Source: Acidimicrobiia bacterium
GTDB lineage: Bacteria; Actinomycetota; Acidimicrobiia; Spongiisociales; ZC4RG35
Assembly: GCA_965215185.1 (NCBI GenBank)
Contig: OZ244034.1
Coordinates: 1,088,001-1,152,000, forward strand
Length of the DNA: 64,000 nucleotides
Reading direction: 5' to 3'
The notes beneath the pieces are model-generated. The model saw only the letters and a program-made list of their open reading frames with translations. It was not told the origin of the DNA and did not search any database. Of this stretch, positions 39,637 through 50,598 are shown one piece after another; position 1 is the stretch's first letter; the number at the start of each line of letters is the position of its first letter. The position numbers were made by a program, and so were the translations under genes.

Positions 39637-40962
39637 CTAATTCTTCAGGAAACCCCATTCCGAGCGAGCGTCGCGAGCCTTTTCCACGTTGACCAGGCTC
39701 AGCAGTACCAATCCCACTACAAAGAAGAACACCAGCGATAACACGGCAGGTCGACTCGAACCGGTCACCTGGCGGAAGGTGGCGAAAATGATCGGCCCCC
39801 AAATGGCGGAGAACTTGGTAAACACCGAGAAGAAGCCGAAGAACTCGGCGGAAGCCTGCTGGGGAATGATCGACCCATACAGGCTGCGGCTTAGCGCCTG
39901 GGTTCCTCCCAACACCATCCCGATAACCATCCCCAGCGCCAACAGAGGATAATTCTGGCCGACCGGCAGGTTGTAAGCGGCAATCAGCACACCTACCCAA
40001 ATCACCAGGGCGAAAGACACCGCACGCTTGGGGCCGATCCAATCGGACAGCCTTCCAAATGCCAGCGCCCCGAAAAAGGCCATGAACTGCACCACCAGCA
40101 GGACCAATGCGATGAAGAAGGTGCTGATCTCCAAAGTTTCCGAAGAGTAGATGGCAGAGATGTTTATAACTGTCTGAACCCCATCGATATAAAAGATGTA
40201 GGCCACAACGAACAACAGCAGATGCTTGTGTCCGGCCAGGTTGCGACAAGTGCTCCAGGTGCGGCCGAAACCAAGCCGCAGATAAGCCAGGTACCGACTC
40301 TCACCATCTCCGATTCCCAGGGGTTCCTGGGCTTCTCCTACCTCCTGCAAGCGCCGGAAGGCAAACCAGGAAAACCCTGCCCACCAAAGCCCCGCGCCGC
40401 CAATGGCCAGCCGAGCAGCCAGAGACTCTTCAATGCCCAGATCTTCCGCATAGAAGATGAACATCAATACCAAGAGCAGGTAGATCCCACCTCCGACGTA
40501 TCCGAAGGCGTATCCCTTGGAACTGACCCGGTCGATGGTGTCGTCGGTGGTGATGACCGGAAGCATCCCGTCGTAAAAGACGTTGGAGGCGGCGAGTCCG
40601 AAATGGGAGGCCAAGAACATCAAGATGGCCAACAGCACACTGCCGGTGGAAACGAAGGCAAAGCAGGTAATGAACAAAGCCCCCCCATAGGCAAACACCT
40701 TCAAGAACATCAGTCGCCGGGCGCTGTAATCGGCGATAGCCCCCAGCACCGGGGTTATCAGAAAGAGCGCCAAGGAGATCAGGCCGACCATATATCCCCA
40801 CAGTGACTCGGCGCTCAACCCCATCCAACCCTCATCGGGTATGAGCACTGACCCAAAATAAGTGGGAAGTATCCCCACTGTGATCACGACATAACCGGAA
40901 TTGGCCCAGTCGTACATGGCCCACCCGAAAATGGTGCGTTGATCGTTACGCATCTGGGTCAA
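39637..40962 (-). CDS. MFS transporter (UMF1/ATG22-like)
   Basis: WAMYDWANS, GYVGG, QALSRS. Confidence 0.88.
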   Translation of the reverse strand: MTQMRNDQRTIFGWAMYDWANSGYVVITVGILPTYFGSVLIPDEGWMGLSAESLWGYMVGLISLALFLITPVLGAIADYSARRLMFLKVFAYGGALFITCFAFVSTGSVLLAILMFLASHFGLAASNVFYDGMLPVITTDDTIDRVSSKGYAFGYVGGGIYLLLVLMFIFYAEDLGIEESLAARLAIGGAGLWWAGFSWFAFRRLQEVGEAQEPLGIGDGESRYLAYLRLGFGRTWSTCRNLAGHKHLLLFVVAYIFYIDGVQTVINISAIYSSETLEISTFFIALVLLVVQFMAFFGALAFGRLSDWIGPKRAVSFALVIWVGVLIAAYNLPVGQNYPLLALGMVIGMVLGGTQALSRSLYGSIIPQQASAEFFGFFSVFTKFSAIWGPIIFATFRQVTGSSRPAVLSLVFFFVVGLVLLSLVNVEKARDARSEWGFLKN

Positions 40963-41130
40963 ACATTACCCCTCGAATCCTCAGGGTCCCGGTTCTGGAG
41001 CGGATCGTCCTCAACCTCGCCCAGTCTCTCTGACCGTCTGCTAATCTCGGCTCAGCCCGATGCCTCACCTTGGCACATGGTCATCTTCTATGCCTGTTGC
41101 TTTCCCCCCCTCTCGCTTCTCCACAGCGCC

Positions 41131-41961
41131 ATGGCCTTCTTTCTCGCCGGACTGACCTCTCTCCTTTACGGGCTGTGCGACTTCGCCGGGGGTCTGGCCA
41201 CCCGCCGGGCGCCAGTGCTGGTGGTGACCCTGTGGGCCAATGTGGTGGGGCTGGGCATAGCCATCTTGATTTCCGTGATGCATCATCTGATCATCGGCGA
41301 CTCGGCAACCATCACCGATCTCGTTTGGGGAGCAGTAAGCGGAGTAGCCGGAGTGGCCGGACTGGCCTTGTACTTCCAGGGAATGGCGAAAGGCCAGATG
41401 GCGGTGGTGGCACCCGTCTCCGCGGTCACCCTGGCGGTAGTTCCCCTTTTCTTCGGGATGCTGACGGGAGAACGCTATAGCTTGGTGTCCTGGGTGGGGG
41501 TGGCATTGGCCCTTCCGGCTCTGTGGCTCACTGTCCACCAACGCAATCCCGGACAACGCCCCGGCAAAGCAATCTACGGTGTGGTGTCGGGCCTGACCTT
41601 CTCGTTGTTTTTGATCGGCATCGCTCAAACTTCACCTGAATCCGGGGTGTGGCCCCTGGTCACAGTCCGGATAGGAGGTCTGACCGTGCTGGGAATCCTT
41701 CTGGCGGTGCGGAAGATCCCACCCGTTCTGCCGAGAGAAGCACGCCCCCTGGCACTGTTGGCTGGTGGTGACATCCTGGCAAACCTCACCTATCTCTTGG
41801 CCGTGCGAATCGGGCCGTTCGGACTGGTGGCTGTGGCATCGTCCTTTTACCCGGTGGTGATCGCGGTGATGGCCAGGATGATTGAAAAAGAGAAGATGTC
41901 CCCTGCCCGGGTCTTTGGCCTGACCCTTTCGATGATCTCTCTGGGACTTATCGCCCTTTAA
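41131..41961 (+). CDS. EamA/DMT transporter, paralog 1
   Basis: YGLCDFAGGLATRR, AVVAP, SFYP. Confidence 0.85.
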   Translation: MAFFLAGLTSLLYGLCDFAGGLATRRAPVLVVTLWANVVGLGIAILISVMHHLIIGDSATITDLVWGAVSGVAGVAGLALYFQGMAKGQMAVVAPVSAVTLAVVPLFFGMLTGERYSLVSWVGVALALPALWLTVHQRNPGQRPGKAIYGVVSGLTFSLFLIGIAQTSPESGVWPLVTVRIGGLTVLGILLAVRKIPPVLPREARPLALLAGGDILANLTYLLAVRIGPFGLVAVASSFYPVVIAVMARMIEKEKMSPARVFGLTLSMISLGLIAL

Positions 41962-41964
41962 CCC

Positions 41965-42795
41965 ATGGCCTTTGCCCTGGCAGGACTCACCGCCCTTTTC
42001 TACGGCTCAAGCCATTTCGCCGGAGCATTGGCAACTCGCCGGGCCTCGGTCTTGGCCGTCACCTTCTGGGCCAATGCCGTGGGGCTGGTCCTGGCGGTAT
42101 GCGCGGCGGTGGTCCATCACATTGTCGTAGGGGACACAGTGACCTTCACAGACCAAGCCTGGAGTGCCTTGTGCGGAGTAGCGGGAGTCGTCGGGGTGGC
42201 CTTCTACTTGCAAGGACTGGCCAAGGGACAGATAGCGGTAGTAGCTCCAGTCTCGGCAGTGACGCAGGCGATCGTTCCTTTTCTGTTCTCGGTAGCAGTG
42301 GGAGAACACCATACGGTCTCAGCCTGGGTGGGGGTGCTGGTGGCCATTCCGGCCCTATGGCTCACCGTTCACCGGCAGAAAGAACAAGGCCGGCCCGGAC
42401 GGGCATGGTACGGACTGGCGGCAGGTCTGGCCTTCTCCCTGTTTTTTGTGACAATTACCCAAACCTCACCGGAGGCCGGGTTCTGGCCACTGGTGACGTT
42501 GCGAGTCAGCGGCTTGGTACTGCTGGGAATATTCTTCCTGGCACGGCGAACGGCCCCCGCTGTTCCCTCCGAAGCCCGGCCGATGACGCTTTTGTCCGGC
42601 GGTTATATCCTGGCCAACCTCACCTACCTGCTGGCAACACGGATCGGACCGTTCGGGCTGGTCACGGTGACCGCTTCTTTCTATCCGGTGGTCACCTCCC
42701 TGCTGGCTGCGGTGGTGGTAAAGGAGAAGATACCCCTGCAACGCATGGCGGGTATGGCGCTGTCGGTTGTCTCTCTGGCGTTGATCACCATCTAA
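41965..42795 (+). CDS. EamA/DMT transporter, paralog 2
   Basis: Colinear with paralog 1, 276 aa. Confidence 0.85.
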   Translation: MAFALAGLTALFYGSSHFAGALATRRASVLAVTFWANAVGLVLAVCAAVVHHIVVGDTVTFTDQAWSALCGVAGVVGVAFYLQGLAKGQIAVVAPVSAVTQAIVPFLFSVAVGEHHTVSAWVGVLVAIPALWLTVHRQKEQGRPGRAWYGLAAGLAFSLFFVTITQTSPEAGFWPLVTLRVSGLVLLGIFFLARRTAPAVPSEARPMTLLSGGYILANLTYLLATRIGPFGLVTVTASFYPVVTSLLAAVVVKEKIPLQRMAGMALSVVSLALITI

Positions 42796-42985
42796 TCGCC
42801 ATCAGGCGCGGGCGGCCACCGACGTGGGCTGGCATGGGTGGTCCCAAGAGGGTGCCCCGACCCTTTAACCGGCTTGTAACAAGGCAACAGATCTGTAAAC
42901 CACTAGTCTCTGCTTAGCCCACCCTCGTCGAAACCCGGCTTTCTCTGCCCTTGTTTACCCACTCCTCATCTTTTACCGGTGTCCC

Positions 42986-43816
42986 ATGGCCATTGCTCTG
43001 GCTGTACTGACTTCTATCCTTTACGGGGCCTTCGACTTCGCTGGGGGATTGGCAACCCGGGGGGCGCCTGTTTTTGCGGTGGCCTTCTGGGCCAACATCA
43101 TGGGGCTAGGCCTATCCCTCCTTATAGCCGGAACCCACCACATCTTGGTGGGGGCTTCCTTCGCCTTCTCCGACATTGCCTGGGGAGCGTTTAGCGGGGT
43201 GGCCGGGGTCGCTGGAGTGGTCTTCTACTTTCAGGGACTGGCTAAGGGACGGATGGCGGTGGTTTCACCGGTATCTGCGGTTACCTTGACAATGGTGCCC
43301 TTCCTGTTCGGATTGCTTACGGGCGAGACCTATGCCCTACTGTCATGGATAGGAGTGGCCCTAGCCATACCAGCTTTGTGGCTGACCGTCGCCAACCGCC
43401 AAACCCAGAACCGCCCCGGGAAGGCCGCATACGGATTCGCGGCCGGCATGTTGTTTTCCCTGGTCTTTATCGGCTTAGCCCAGATCTCCCCGGAGGCCGG
43501 TTTCTGGCCCCTGGTGACCTTCAAATGCGGCAGCCTCGCATCGGTGGGGATTATGGTGAAGGTCCGCAGAGTTCCACTCCGGATGCCAAAGAGAGAATGC
43601 ACGCTGGCCATGATGGCAGGGGGCAGCGTTCTGGCCAACCTTACGTACCTGTTGGCGGTGCAAATCGGCCCCTTGGGACTGGTGGCCGTGGCCTCGGCTT
43701 TCTATCCGGGGGTCGTCGCCTTGTTGGCCTTCTTTGTGGATAGGGAGAGAATCTCCCCCTATCGGGCTGCTGGCCTAGCGCTCTCGGTGATCGCTTTGGC
43801 GCTAATTGCTATGTGA
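42986..43816 (+). CDS. EamA/DMT transporter, paralog 3
   Basis: Colinear with paralogs 1 and 2, 276 aa. Confidence 0.85.
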   Translation: MAIALAVLTSILYGAFDFAGGLATRGAPVFAVAFWANIMGLGLSLLIAGTHHILVGASFAFSDIAWGAFSGVAGVAGVVFYFQGLAKGRMAVVSPVSAVTLTMVPFLFGLLTGETYALLSWIGVALAIPALWLTVANRQTQNRPGKAAYGFAAGMLFSLVFIGLAQISPEAGFWPLVTFKCGSLASVGIMVKVRRVPLRMPKRECTLAMMAGGSVLANLTYLLAVQIGPLGLVAVASAFYPGVVALLAFFVDRERISPYRAAGLALSVIALALIAM

Positions 43817-43830
43817 ACCACCGAGTCAGA

Positions 43831-44271
43831 TCAGCGCAATACCAACCGGGCGCCCAATATCAGGAACATGATGCCCAGCAGTTTGCTCAATGAGATCTCT
43901 CGAACCGGTGCGCCCATCCACCCGAAGTGGTCGATTATGGTCCCGCCGGTAAGTTGTGCGGTGACCAATAGCATCGAACCGGCCAATACCCCCACCCTGG
44001 ACACCGTGAAGGCGATACTGCTAATGATCACGATACCGGCGAGCCCCGCCAGGTAGAGATAGGGGGGGATGCCCTGCCATTCGGCGAGACTTGGGCTTCG
44101 GGTGGCCAGCAAAAACACACCAAGCACCAGCGCGCCGACCACGAAATTGGCTGCAGTGCCAGCCATCATCCCCACTCTTTGTTCGAATTGCCCCATCATC
44201 TGGCTTTGGATGGCGGCCAACACCCCTCCCACCAATCCGAATAGCACCACCACTAACGCACTCACCGTCAC
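43831..44271 (-). CDS. DMT-family transporter (YdcZ-like)
   Basis: AQL....IDHFGW motif. Confidence 0.85.
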   Translation of the reverse strand: MTVSALVVVLFGLVGGVLAAIQSQMMGQFEQRVGMMAGTAANFVVGALVLGVFLLATRSPSLAEWQGIPPYLYLAGLAGIVIISSIAFTVSRVGVLAGSMLLVTAQLTGGTIIDHFGWMGAPVREISLSKLLGIMFLILGARLVLR

Positions 44272-44390
44272 TGAGGTTAACCAAAGACGCGGTTGGCTTT
44301 TCTATTCTCTTCAGCCCTTATTACTGATTTTTCTTCTGCATGGCTTTACAATCAGTTTTGAATTACAATTTGTTCACAAGCCAGTGACGC

Positions 44391-44563
44391 GACACGGGAG
44401 AGTCTCGCTAGTCGAGACGCCGAAGGGGCAAATCCTCCCAGGAATCTCTCAGGCCACAGGACCGTGTTGAAGAGGCAGAGCTGAAGAAGGCGGAACGCAC
44501 CGCCGCCGAAGGAGCAAACTCCGCGAACCGGAGCAAAACTCTCAGGTAACCGGGACAGCAGGG
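44391..44563 (+). promoter_or_regulatory. Tandem glycine riboswitch
   Basis: Two aptamers, GGAGAG...CGCCGAAGGGGCAA...CTCTCAGG and CGCCGAAGGAGCAA...CTCTCAGGT, directly upstream of gcvP. Confidence 0.92.
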
Positions 44564-44596
44564 AGGACCAAGTAGACGCTGCCCGAGGAGAACACC

Positions 44597-47446
44597 ATGT
44601 CCAGCCGCCAACCCCTTGATTTCGCTGACCGACATATCGGGCCTCGGGGCAACGACATCGAAAAGATGCTGAAGGTGATCGGCGCCGAGTCCTTGGGCCA
44701 ACTGATGAGGGAGACGATACCGTTTTCGATCCGCTTGGATCGCGAACTCAATCTACCCGCTGCTCTCGGCGAGCCGGAGGCGCTGGGGAACCTGAAGGAG
44801 ATCGCCTCCCGGAACCAAGTGATGACTTCGCTGATCGGGCTGGGCTATTACAACGTCCACGTCCCTTCGGTGATCCAACGCCAGGTATTGGAGAATCCCG
44901 CCTGGTATACCGCCTACACCCCCTATCAGCCCGAGATTTCCCAGGGTCGTTTGGAGGCGCTGCTCAATTTTCAGACCATGGTCTCGGATCTCACCGGAAT
45001 GGAAGTGGCCAACGCCTCCCTTCTGGATGAGGGAACAGCGGCCGCCGAAGCCATGACCATGGCCCGTCGGATTTCCCGCCGTCGTCGCGCCACGCGGTTC
45101 TGGGTGGACACCGACACCTTTCCTCAGACCATCGAGGTGATCCGTACCCGCGCCCAATGGATGGATATCGACGTGGCGTTGGATCATCCCGAAGACATGG
45201 ACTTCCTGGACGGAGAATCATTCGGAGTGCTATTCCATTACCCGGGAGCCAGTGGGCAGGTGCGGGACCTCAGCAAAGCGGTGGAAGAAGCCCGAGCCGC
45301 CGGGATGGTGGTAGTTGTGGCCACCGATCTCTTGGCTCTCACTTTGCTGGCCCCGCCGGGGGATTGGGGAGCGGACATTGCGGTGGGATCCTCACAACGT
45401 TTCGGGGTTCCCATGATGTTCGGAGGCCCCCACGCCGGATTCATTGCCACCCGCGAAAGGCATGTACGCTCTCTCCCCGGACGGTTGGCGGGGTTGTCCG
45501 TCGACTCCAATGGAGATCCGGCCCTGCGGTTGGCGCTCCAAACCCGGGAACAACATATTCGCCGTCAACGAGCCACTTCCAACATTTGCACTGCCCAGGT
45601 GCTCTTGGCGGTGATGGCATCCTTCTATGCCTCATGGCATGGCCCACAGGGTCTAACCGCCATTGCCCGGCGAATCAACCGGCTCGCTGCGCGGATGGCG
45701 GCAGGTCTCCGTTCGGCGGGATGGGGACTGGTCAACTCCGCTTGGTTTGACACACTGTCGGTAAGAGCCGGAGAGTCAGCCGACCTGGTGATGGACACCG
45801 CACTGGCAGCCGGCATCAACCTGCGGCGCATCGACAGGTACACCGTCGGGATTTCCTTGGACGAAACAACCGATGAAGAAACCGCAACCCGAGCACTCTC
45901 CGCCTTCTCAGCGGACCTTCCCGCCACGGGTAACACTCCAGCGTTCCCTCAAAATCTGGCCCGGCAAAGCTCTTTCTTGAGCCATCCGGTGTTCAACAGT
46001 TATCACTCCGAGCACGAAATGCTCCGATACATCCGGCGTTTGTCGGATCGTGATCTCGCTTTGGACCGGACCATGATTCCGCTGGGATCCTGCACCATGA
46101 AGCTCAACCCGGCATCGTCGATGATCCCGGTCACCTGGCCGGAATTCTGCAACATGCACCCTTTTGCCCCGATCGAACAGGCTGAAGGGTATATGCAGCT
46201 TTTCTCGGACCTTGAGGACTGGCTGATCGAGATCACCGGCTATCAGGCGGTATCACTTCAGCCCAACGCCGGATCCCAGGGGGAACTGGCCGGTTTGGCG
46301 GCGATTCGCGCCTACCACCAGGCACATGGCGAAGACCACCGTCGGGTGTGTCTCATTCCCTCCTCCGCGCACGGGACCAACGCCGCTTCGGCAGTGATGG
46401 CCGGCATGCGCATCGCGGTGGTCAAATGCGATGAGCAGGGAAACATCGACCTGGTGGACTTGAAGGACCAAATAGCCCGCCAAGGAAACCAGCTAGCGGC
46501 GATCATGATCACCTATCCCTCCACCCATGGGGTGTTTGAGGACAGCGTTAGACAGGTGTGCGAAATGGTGCACAACGCCGGTGGCCAGGTGTATGTGGAT
46601 GGGGCCAACCTCAACGCCTTGGTGGGCCTTGCCCAGCCGGGCGCCTTTGGCGCCGACGTCTCCCACCTCAACCTCCACAAGACCTTTACCATTCCTCATG
46701 GGGGAGGGGGCCCGGGAGTGGGTCCGGTGGCGGTTCGGGCTCATCTTGCTCCGTACCTCCCCAACCATCCCCTGCAGTACGCGGCCGGACCCTCCACCGG
46801 TATCGGCCCCATCGCCGCGGCTCCCTGGGGGTCGGCGGGGATCCTCCCCATTCCCTGGATGTACATGAGAATGATGGGAGGAACGGGCTTGAAGAGAGCA
46901 TCAGAAACGGCCATCCTGGCGGCCAACTATCTAAAAGACAGGCTTTCTCGAGACTATCGGGTCCTGTATGTGGGAGAGCAGGGGAGAGTGGCGCACGAGG
47001 TGATCATCGATCTTCGGGAGTTCGTCGACACGGCCGGCGTGAACGCCGAGGATGTGGCCAAGCGTCTCACCGACTACGGCTTCCATGCTCCCACCCTCAG
47101 TTTCCCCGTTCCCGGCACCCTGATGATCGAACCGACCGAATCCGAGCCCTTGGCGGAACTCGACCGCTTCTGTGCAGCAATGTTCTCGATCCGGGAGGAG
47201 ATTCGACGAATAGCAGATGGGGAGTGGCCCCAGAACGACAACCCTCTTCACCATGCGCCTCACACTGCCCGGGTGGTGACCGCGGATCACTGGGATCGTC
47301 CCTACCTCCGGTCCACCGCGGCCTGGCCCGTCCCCGGCCTAGCGCCCGACAAGTACTGGTCGCCCGTGGGTAGGGTCGACTCGGTAACGGGGGATCGCAA
47401 CTTACAGTGCTCCTGTCCGCCTATCGAATCCTATGTCGAAGAGTAA
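44597..47446 (+). CDS. gcvP: Glycine dehydrogenase (decarboxylating)
   Basis: [29 protein letters not shown]. Confidence 0.98.
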   Translation: MSSRQPLDFADRHIGPRGNDIEKMLKVIGAESLGQLMRETIPFSIRLDRELNLPAALGEPEALGNLKEIASRNQVMTSLIGLGYYNVHVPSVIQRQVLENPAWYTAYTPYQPEISQGRLEALLNFQTMVSDLTGMEVANASLLDEGTAAAEAMTMARRISRRRRATRFWVDTDTFPQTIEVIRTRAQWMDIDVALDHPEDMDFLDGESFGVLFHYPGASGQVRDLSKAVEEARAAGMVVVVATDLLALTLLAPPGDWGADIAVGSSQRFGVPMMFGGPHAGFIATRERHVRSLPGRLAGLSVDSNGDPALRLALQTREQHIRRQRATSNICTAQVLLAVMASFYASWHGPQGLTAIARRINRLAARMAAGLRSAGWGLVNSAWFDTLSVRAGESADLVMDTALAAGINLRRIDRYTVGISLDETTDEETATRALSAFSADLPATGNTPAFPQNLARQSSFLSHPVFNSYHSEHEMLRYIRRLSDRDLALDRTMIPLGSCTMKLNPASSMIPVTWPEFCNMHPFAPIEQAEGYMQLFSDLEDWLIEITGYQAVSLQPNAGSQGELAGLAAIRAYHQAHGEDHRRVCLIPSSAHGTNAASAVMAGMRIAVVKCDEQGNIDLVDLKDQIARQGNQLAAIMITYPSTHGVFEDSVRQVCEMVHNAGGQVYVDGANLNALVGLAQPGAFGADVSHLNLHKTFTIPHGGGGPGVGPVAVRAHLAPYLPNHPLQYAAGPSTGIGPIAAAPWGSAGILPIPWMYMRMMGGTGLKRASETAILAANYLKDRLSRDYRVLYVGEQGRVAHEVIIDLREFVDTAGVNAEDVAKRLTDYGFHAPTLSFPVPGTLMIEPTESEPLAELDRFCAAMFSIREEIRRIADGEWPQNDNPLHHAPHTARVVTADHWDRPYLRSTAAWPVPGLAPDKYWSPVGRVDSVTGDRNLQCSCPPIESYVEE

Positions 47447-47632
47447 ACGCCTACAACCTTCGATTTGACTCAGCACATGAAAATGGGGATTCGAGCCTCG
47501 CTAGTTGATTCTGTTCTGCCACCTCAGGATTGGCTGCACAGCCCGACTGTCCTGCAATGCAAACCCCCACAAAGTGTCCCACCCCGCGGTAGAATAAATG
47601 TCCAGGAGTTGGGATAAGAAAGGCAAGGATCG

Positions 47633-48232
47633 ATGCCCACTAGTACGGATGAACTGGTGACCCTGGTTACCAAAGCCCAACAGGCCACAAATAACCTTGA
47701 TTCAGAACTGCGACGAGTTGCTTTTGAGCGGGTGCTCGATCATCTTCTTTCGAATTCCGCCGCTGCTGACGCAGCGAGACCGAACCGCCAAGCATCCCGG
47801 GATGTCGCTGGAGTGGCCAAGCCAGACGCTGACGGTGTTTTAGCAGACACACAACAGCGAATAGACGCAATAGCCCGCTACTTCAAGATCTCGCCTGAAG
47901 TTGTGTACCACATTTTCGATACTTCAGAAGAAGACCCAAAACTAGTGCTTTCGACCAAACAACTGGCGGAAGCCAAGGCCCAGGCCACTCGGGAGATCAC
48001 TCTGCTGGTGGGAGGGGCCCTCACCGCTCTAGGGCTTCAGACAACAACCTCTCAAATCAGAGAAGTGGCCGATGACTACGGAAAACTTGACAGTCCCAAC
48101 TTCATGACAACCCTGACGAACCTTGAGGAAATATCAGTCCTGGGCAAGCCCAGATCGCCTAACCGGATCATACGCATGAAGGTCGCTGGAGTAGAAGCTG
48201 CACAGGCTGTTGCTGGGCGCATCGTCAGTTGA
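47633..48232 (+). CDS. Hypothetical protein
   Basis: 199-aa ORF with an AAGGA ribosome-binding site. Confidence 0.7.
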   Translation: MPTSTDELVTLVTKAQQATNNLDSELRRVAFERVLDHLLSNSAAADAARPNRQASRDVAGVAKPDADGVLADTQQRIDAIARYFKISPEVVYHIFDTSEEDPKLVLSTKQLAEAKAQATREITLLVGGALTALGLQTTTSQIREVADDYGKLDSPNFMTTLTNLEEISVLGKPRSPNRIIRMKVAGVEAAQAVAGRIVS

Positions 48233-48308
48233 TCAACTCGAATGAAGGGAGGGGCAAAGGTGACCGACTCAGGCAGGGCTAAGCCTGATTGGCAGCTAAC
48301 CAGCAGGT

Positions 48309-48743
48309 ATGACTTCTTTTAGTAGCTTCCACCAAGAGGTCGGTATCGCTGCCAATCTCTTCAAAGATGGGCACTACGATGATGCTGTCCGAAAGGCTTC
48401 TCAACGCTTTGTCAATCGCGTCCAGGAGTTGGCAGACCGTCTTGATCTCGACGGCGTCGGGCTGATGAACAAGGCCTTTTCACATAAATCTCCGCTACTC
48501 GAATTCAATGATCGTGAGACTTTGATCGAACGTGATGAGCACGATGGGTACCGGTTCCTTGCGGTTGGCCTTACCCAGGCGTTGCGAAACGTTCTCACAC
48601 ACCATGACAACTACGGGTTGGAGGCCGTTCCCGCCCTTGAATGGATGGCATTCATCAGTGCCATGCATCGCCGCCTCGACCAAGCCCAGCAAATCCCACA
48701 AGATTCATCTACATCAATGACTCCGCGGACCGACGCAAATTAG
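48309..48743 (+). CDS. TIGR02391-like (HEPN-like) protein
   Basis: GHYDDAV, LDGVGLMNKAFS, EHDG...LRNVLTH. Confidence 0.75.
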   Translation: MTSFSSFHQEVGIAANLFKDGHYDDAVRKASQRFVNRVQELADRLDLDGVGLMNKAFSHKSPLLEFNDRETLIERDEHDGYRFLAVGLTQALRNVLTHHDNYGLEAVPALEWMAFISAMHRRLDQAQQIPQDSSTSMTPRTDAN

Positions 48744-49224
48744 GCAATCTGCTTTGGGTTATGCCGGCCGGTGCCACTAGCAGCCACAGGACTGCAGCCC
48801 ATGGCACCTCAAACATCTGTCGCAACAGGATGAGATTTCGTCGAGGGCCGGGAAATGCCGGAAGTGTTTTTGAATCGACCATCAGCCATCTTATACGGTC
48901 ACGCCCCCGGTCCTGATAACGCTCCAGCCGGTCATCGGCCGACTCTGACGATCTCTTCCGCTCAAGGGTTGTCCGACCTCGGCGACAAGTTCGATCAGAT
49001 ATTGGTGGGTGGACTCGCGAATTCCATAGTGTCCCACTTGACCAAGGCTTCTTCCTGATGCAAACTTGGACAGTTCAATATTGCCTGCCTCGGTTGTCTG
49101 GGAATCACTTCAAACCATCATCGTCTCCTTGCAACCATTCATACAGAGATATCCAACTTCCGCGACAGTCTTTTGAACGCCTAACCGGTAGGCTTGACTC
49201 AATCTTGAAAGCAAAAGGCGCCAT

Positions 49225-49740
49225 ATGGATCGTGTTCCGCGCCGACTAGCTTCTCCTGTCATCCACCCCGCGGCGTACATCGCCTCCACCGCCCGAATAT
49301 TTGGTGATGTGGTGGTGAAAGCCGACGCGGTGGTGATGTTCGGCGTGCTGATCCGAGCCGAAACGGAGCGGATCGTGGTGGGGGAGGAGACCAATATCCA
49401 GGACAACTCGGTACTCCACGCCGACCGGGGATTCCCGACCCTGGTGGGCAGGCGAGTGACCATAGGCCACTTGGCCTTGGTGCACGGGTCAGTGGTGGGA
49501 GATCACTGCCTGTTGGGGATGGGCGCCATCGCCCTCAACGGATCGGTTATGGGAGAAGGGTCGTGGTTGGCTGCCGGATCCGTGCTGGGAGAGGGAAAAG
49601 AAATACCACCTTGGACCATCGCGGTGGGAACACCCGCCCGTCCTCTCCGAGAACTGCGTCCCCACGAGATCCAGCGCGCCGAGATGGGCATTGAGGAGTA
49701 TCTGACCTTGGGCGCCACCTACCGGCGCATAGAAGGATGA
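49225..49740 (+). CDS. Gamma carbonic anhydrase-like protein (PaaY/YrdA family)
   Basis: NIQDNSVLH, VTIGH, VHG; hexapeptide repeats. Confidence 0.9.
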   Translation: MDRVPRRLASPVIHPAAYIASTARIFGDVVVKADAVVMFGVLIRAETERIVVGEETNIQDNSVLHADRGFPTLVGRRVTIGHLALVHGSVVGDHCLLGMGAIALNGSVMGEGSWLAAGSVLGEGKEIPPWTIAVGTPARPLRELRPHEIQRAEMGIEEYLTLGATYRRIEG

Positions 49741-49815
49741 GATCCGCCCGATCCGTGCGGCCCTGACCAGCCGAAAGCGAAGCCGTCCCAGCCCCGGTCC
49801 GTCGGCTTTGTGGAT

Positions 49816-50517
49816 CTAGCCGACGGCCAGTTCACGCATCTCAAAATCACCGCCACTGTGTTCGCGCAACTGCTCGGGCCGACCCGCCAGGATGGGAAAC
49901 GTCCCGAAATGCATTGGGATCACAGTCTCCACCCCCAGGAGATGTGCGGCCTTGGCCGCCGAGCGCGGATCCATGGTGAAATGTCCCCCGATCGGAAGGC
50001 AGGCGATGTTCGGTTCCCATAGCTCTCCAATCAACCCCATGTCCCCGAAAACATCGGTATCACCGGCGTGGTAGATGGTGGATCCCCCGGGAAAGTCAAG
50101 TACCCAACCGCCGGCTGAACCACCGCTGATTATTCCTTCCTCGCCAAGGATGCCCGAGGAATGAACCGCGTGAACGAAGGTGCCCTTCACCCCGCCTGGA
50201 GCCAACACCGTGCCGCCTTTGTTGAGGGGGATTGTTTGATCGTCCTCCAAGCCCTGCTGCATCAGCCAACTCTTTATTTCGAAGATCGAGAAGACGGTGG
50301 CGCCGGTGGACAACGCAATGGATGCGGCATCGCCGAGGTGGTCGAAATGACCATGGGTTATGAAAATAGCATCGACCTTCTCGGGGCGTTTCTCGTCCGT
50401 GGGACAGAGGGGATTGTCTCCGAGGAACGGATCAATCAGAAGAGTGGTGCCGTCGTCAAGTCGAAAGCGGAAGGCGGCATGCCCCAGCCAGGTGATCTCC
50501 ACTCCATCAAGTTGCAT
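49816..50517 (-). CDS. Metal-dependent hydrolase (MBL fold)
   Basis: WLGHA, THGHFDH, YHAGDT, IPMHFGTF. Confidence 0.9.
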   Translation of the reverse strand: MQLDGVEITWLGHAAFRFRLDDGTTLLIDPFLGDNPLCPTDEKRPEKVDAIFITHGHFDHLGDAASIALSTGATVFSIFEIKSWLMQQGLEDDQTIPLNKGGTVLAPGGVKGTFVHAVHSSGILGEEGIISGGSAGGWVLDFPGGSTIYHAGDTDVFGDMGLIGELWEPNIACLPIGGHFTMDPRSAAKAAHLLGVETVIPMHFGTFPILAGRPEQLREHSGGDFEMRELAVG

Positions 50518-50562
50518 GGTCGTTCTCCTTGAATCGCGTCTACACCTCCCAATATTAGCATC

Positions 50563-50591
50563 TTGACTAACGAACGATCGTTCGTTAGAGT
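50563..50591 (+). promoter_or_regulatory. paa promoter with a 22-bp palindromic operator
   Basis: TTGACT-17bp-TAGAGT overlapping the perfect palindrome CTAACGAACGATCGTTCGTTAG (50567-50588). Confidence 0.8.
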
Positions 50592-50598
50592 GGCGGGT

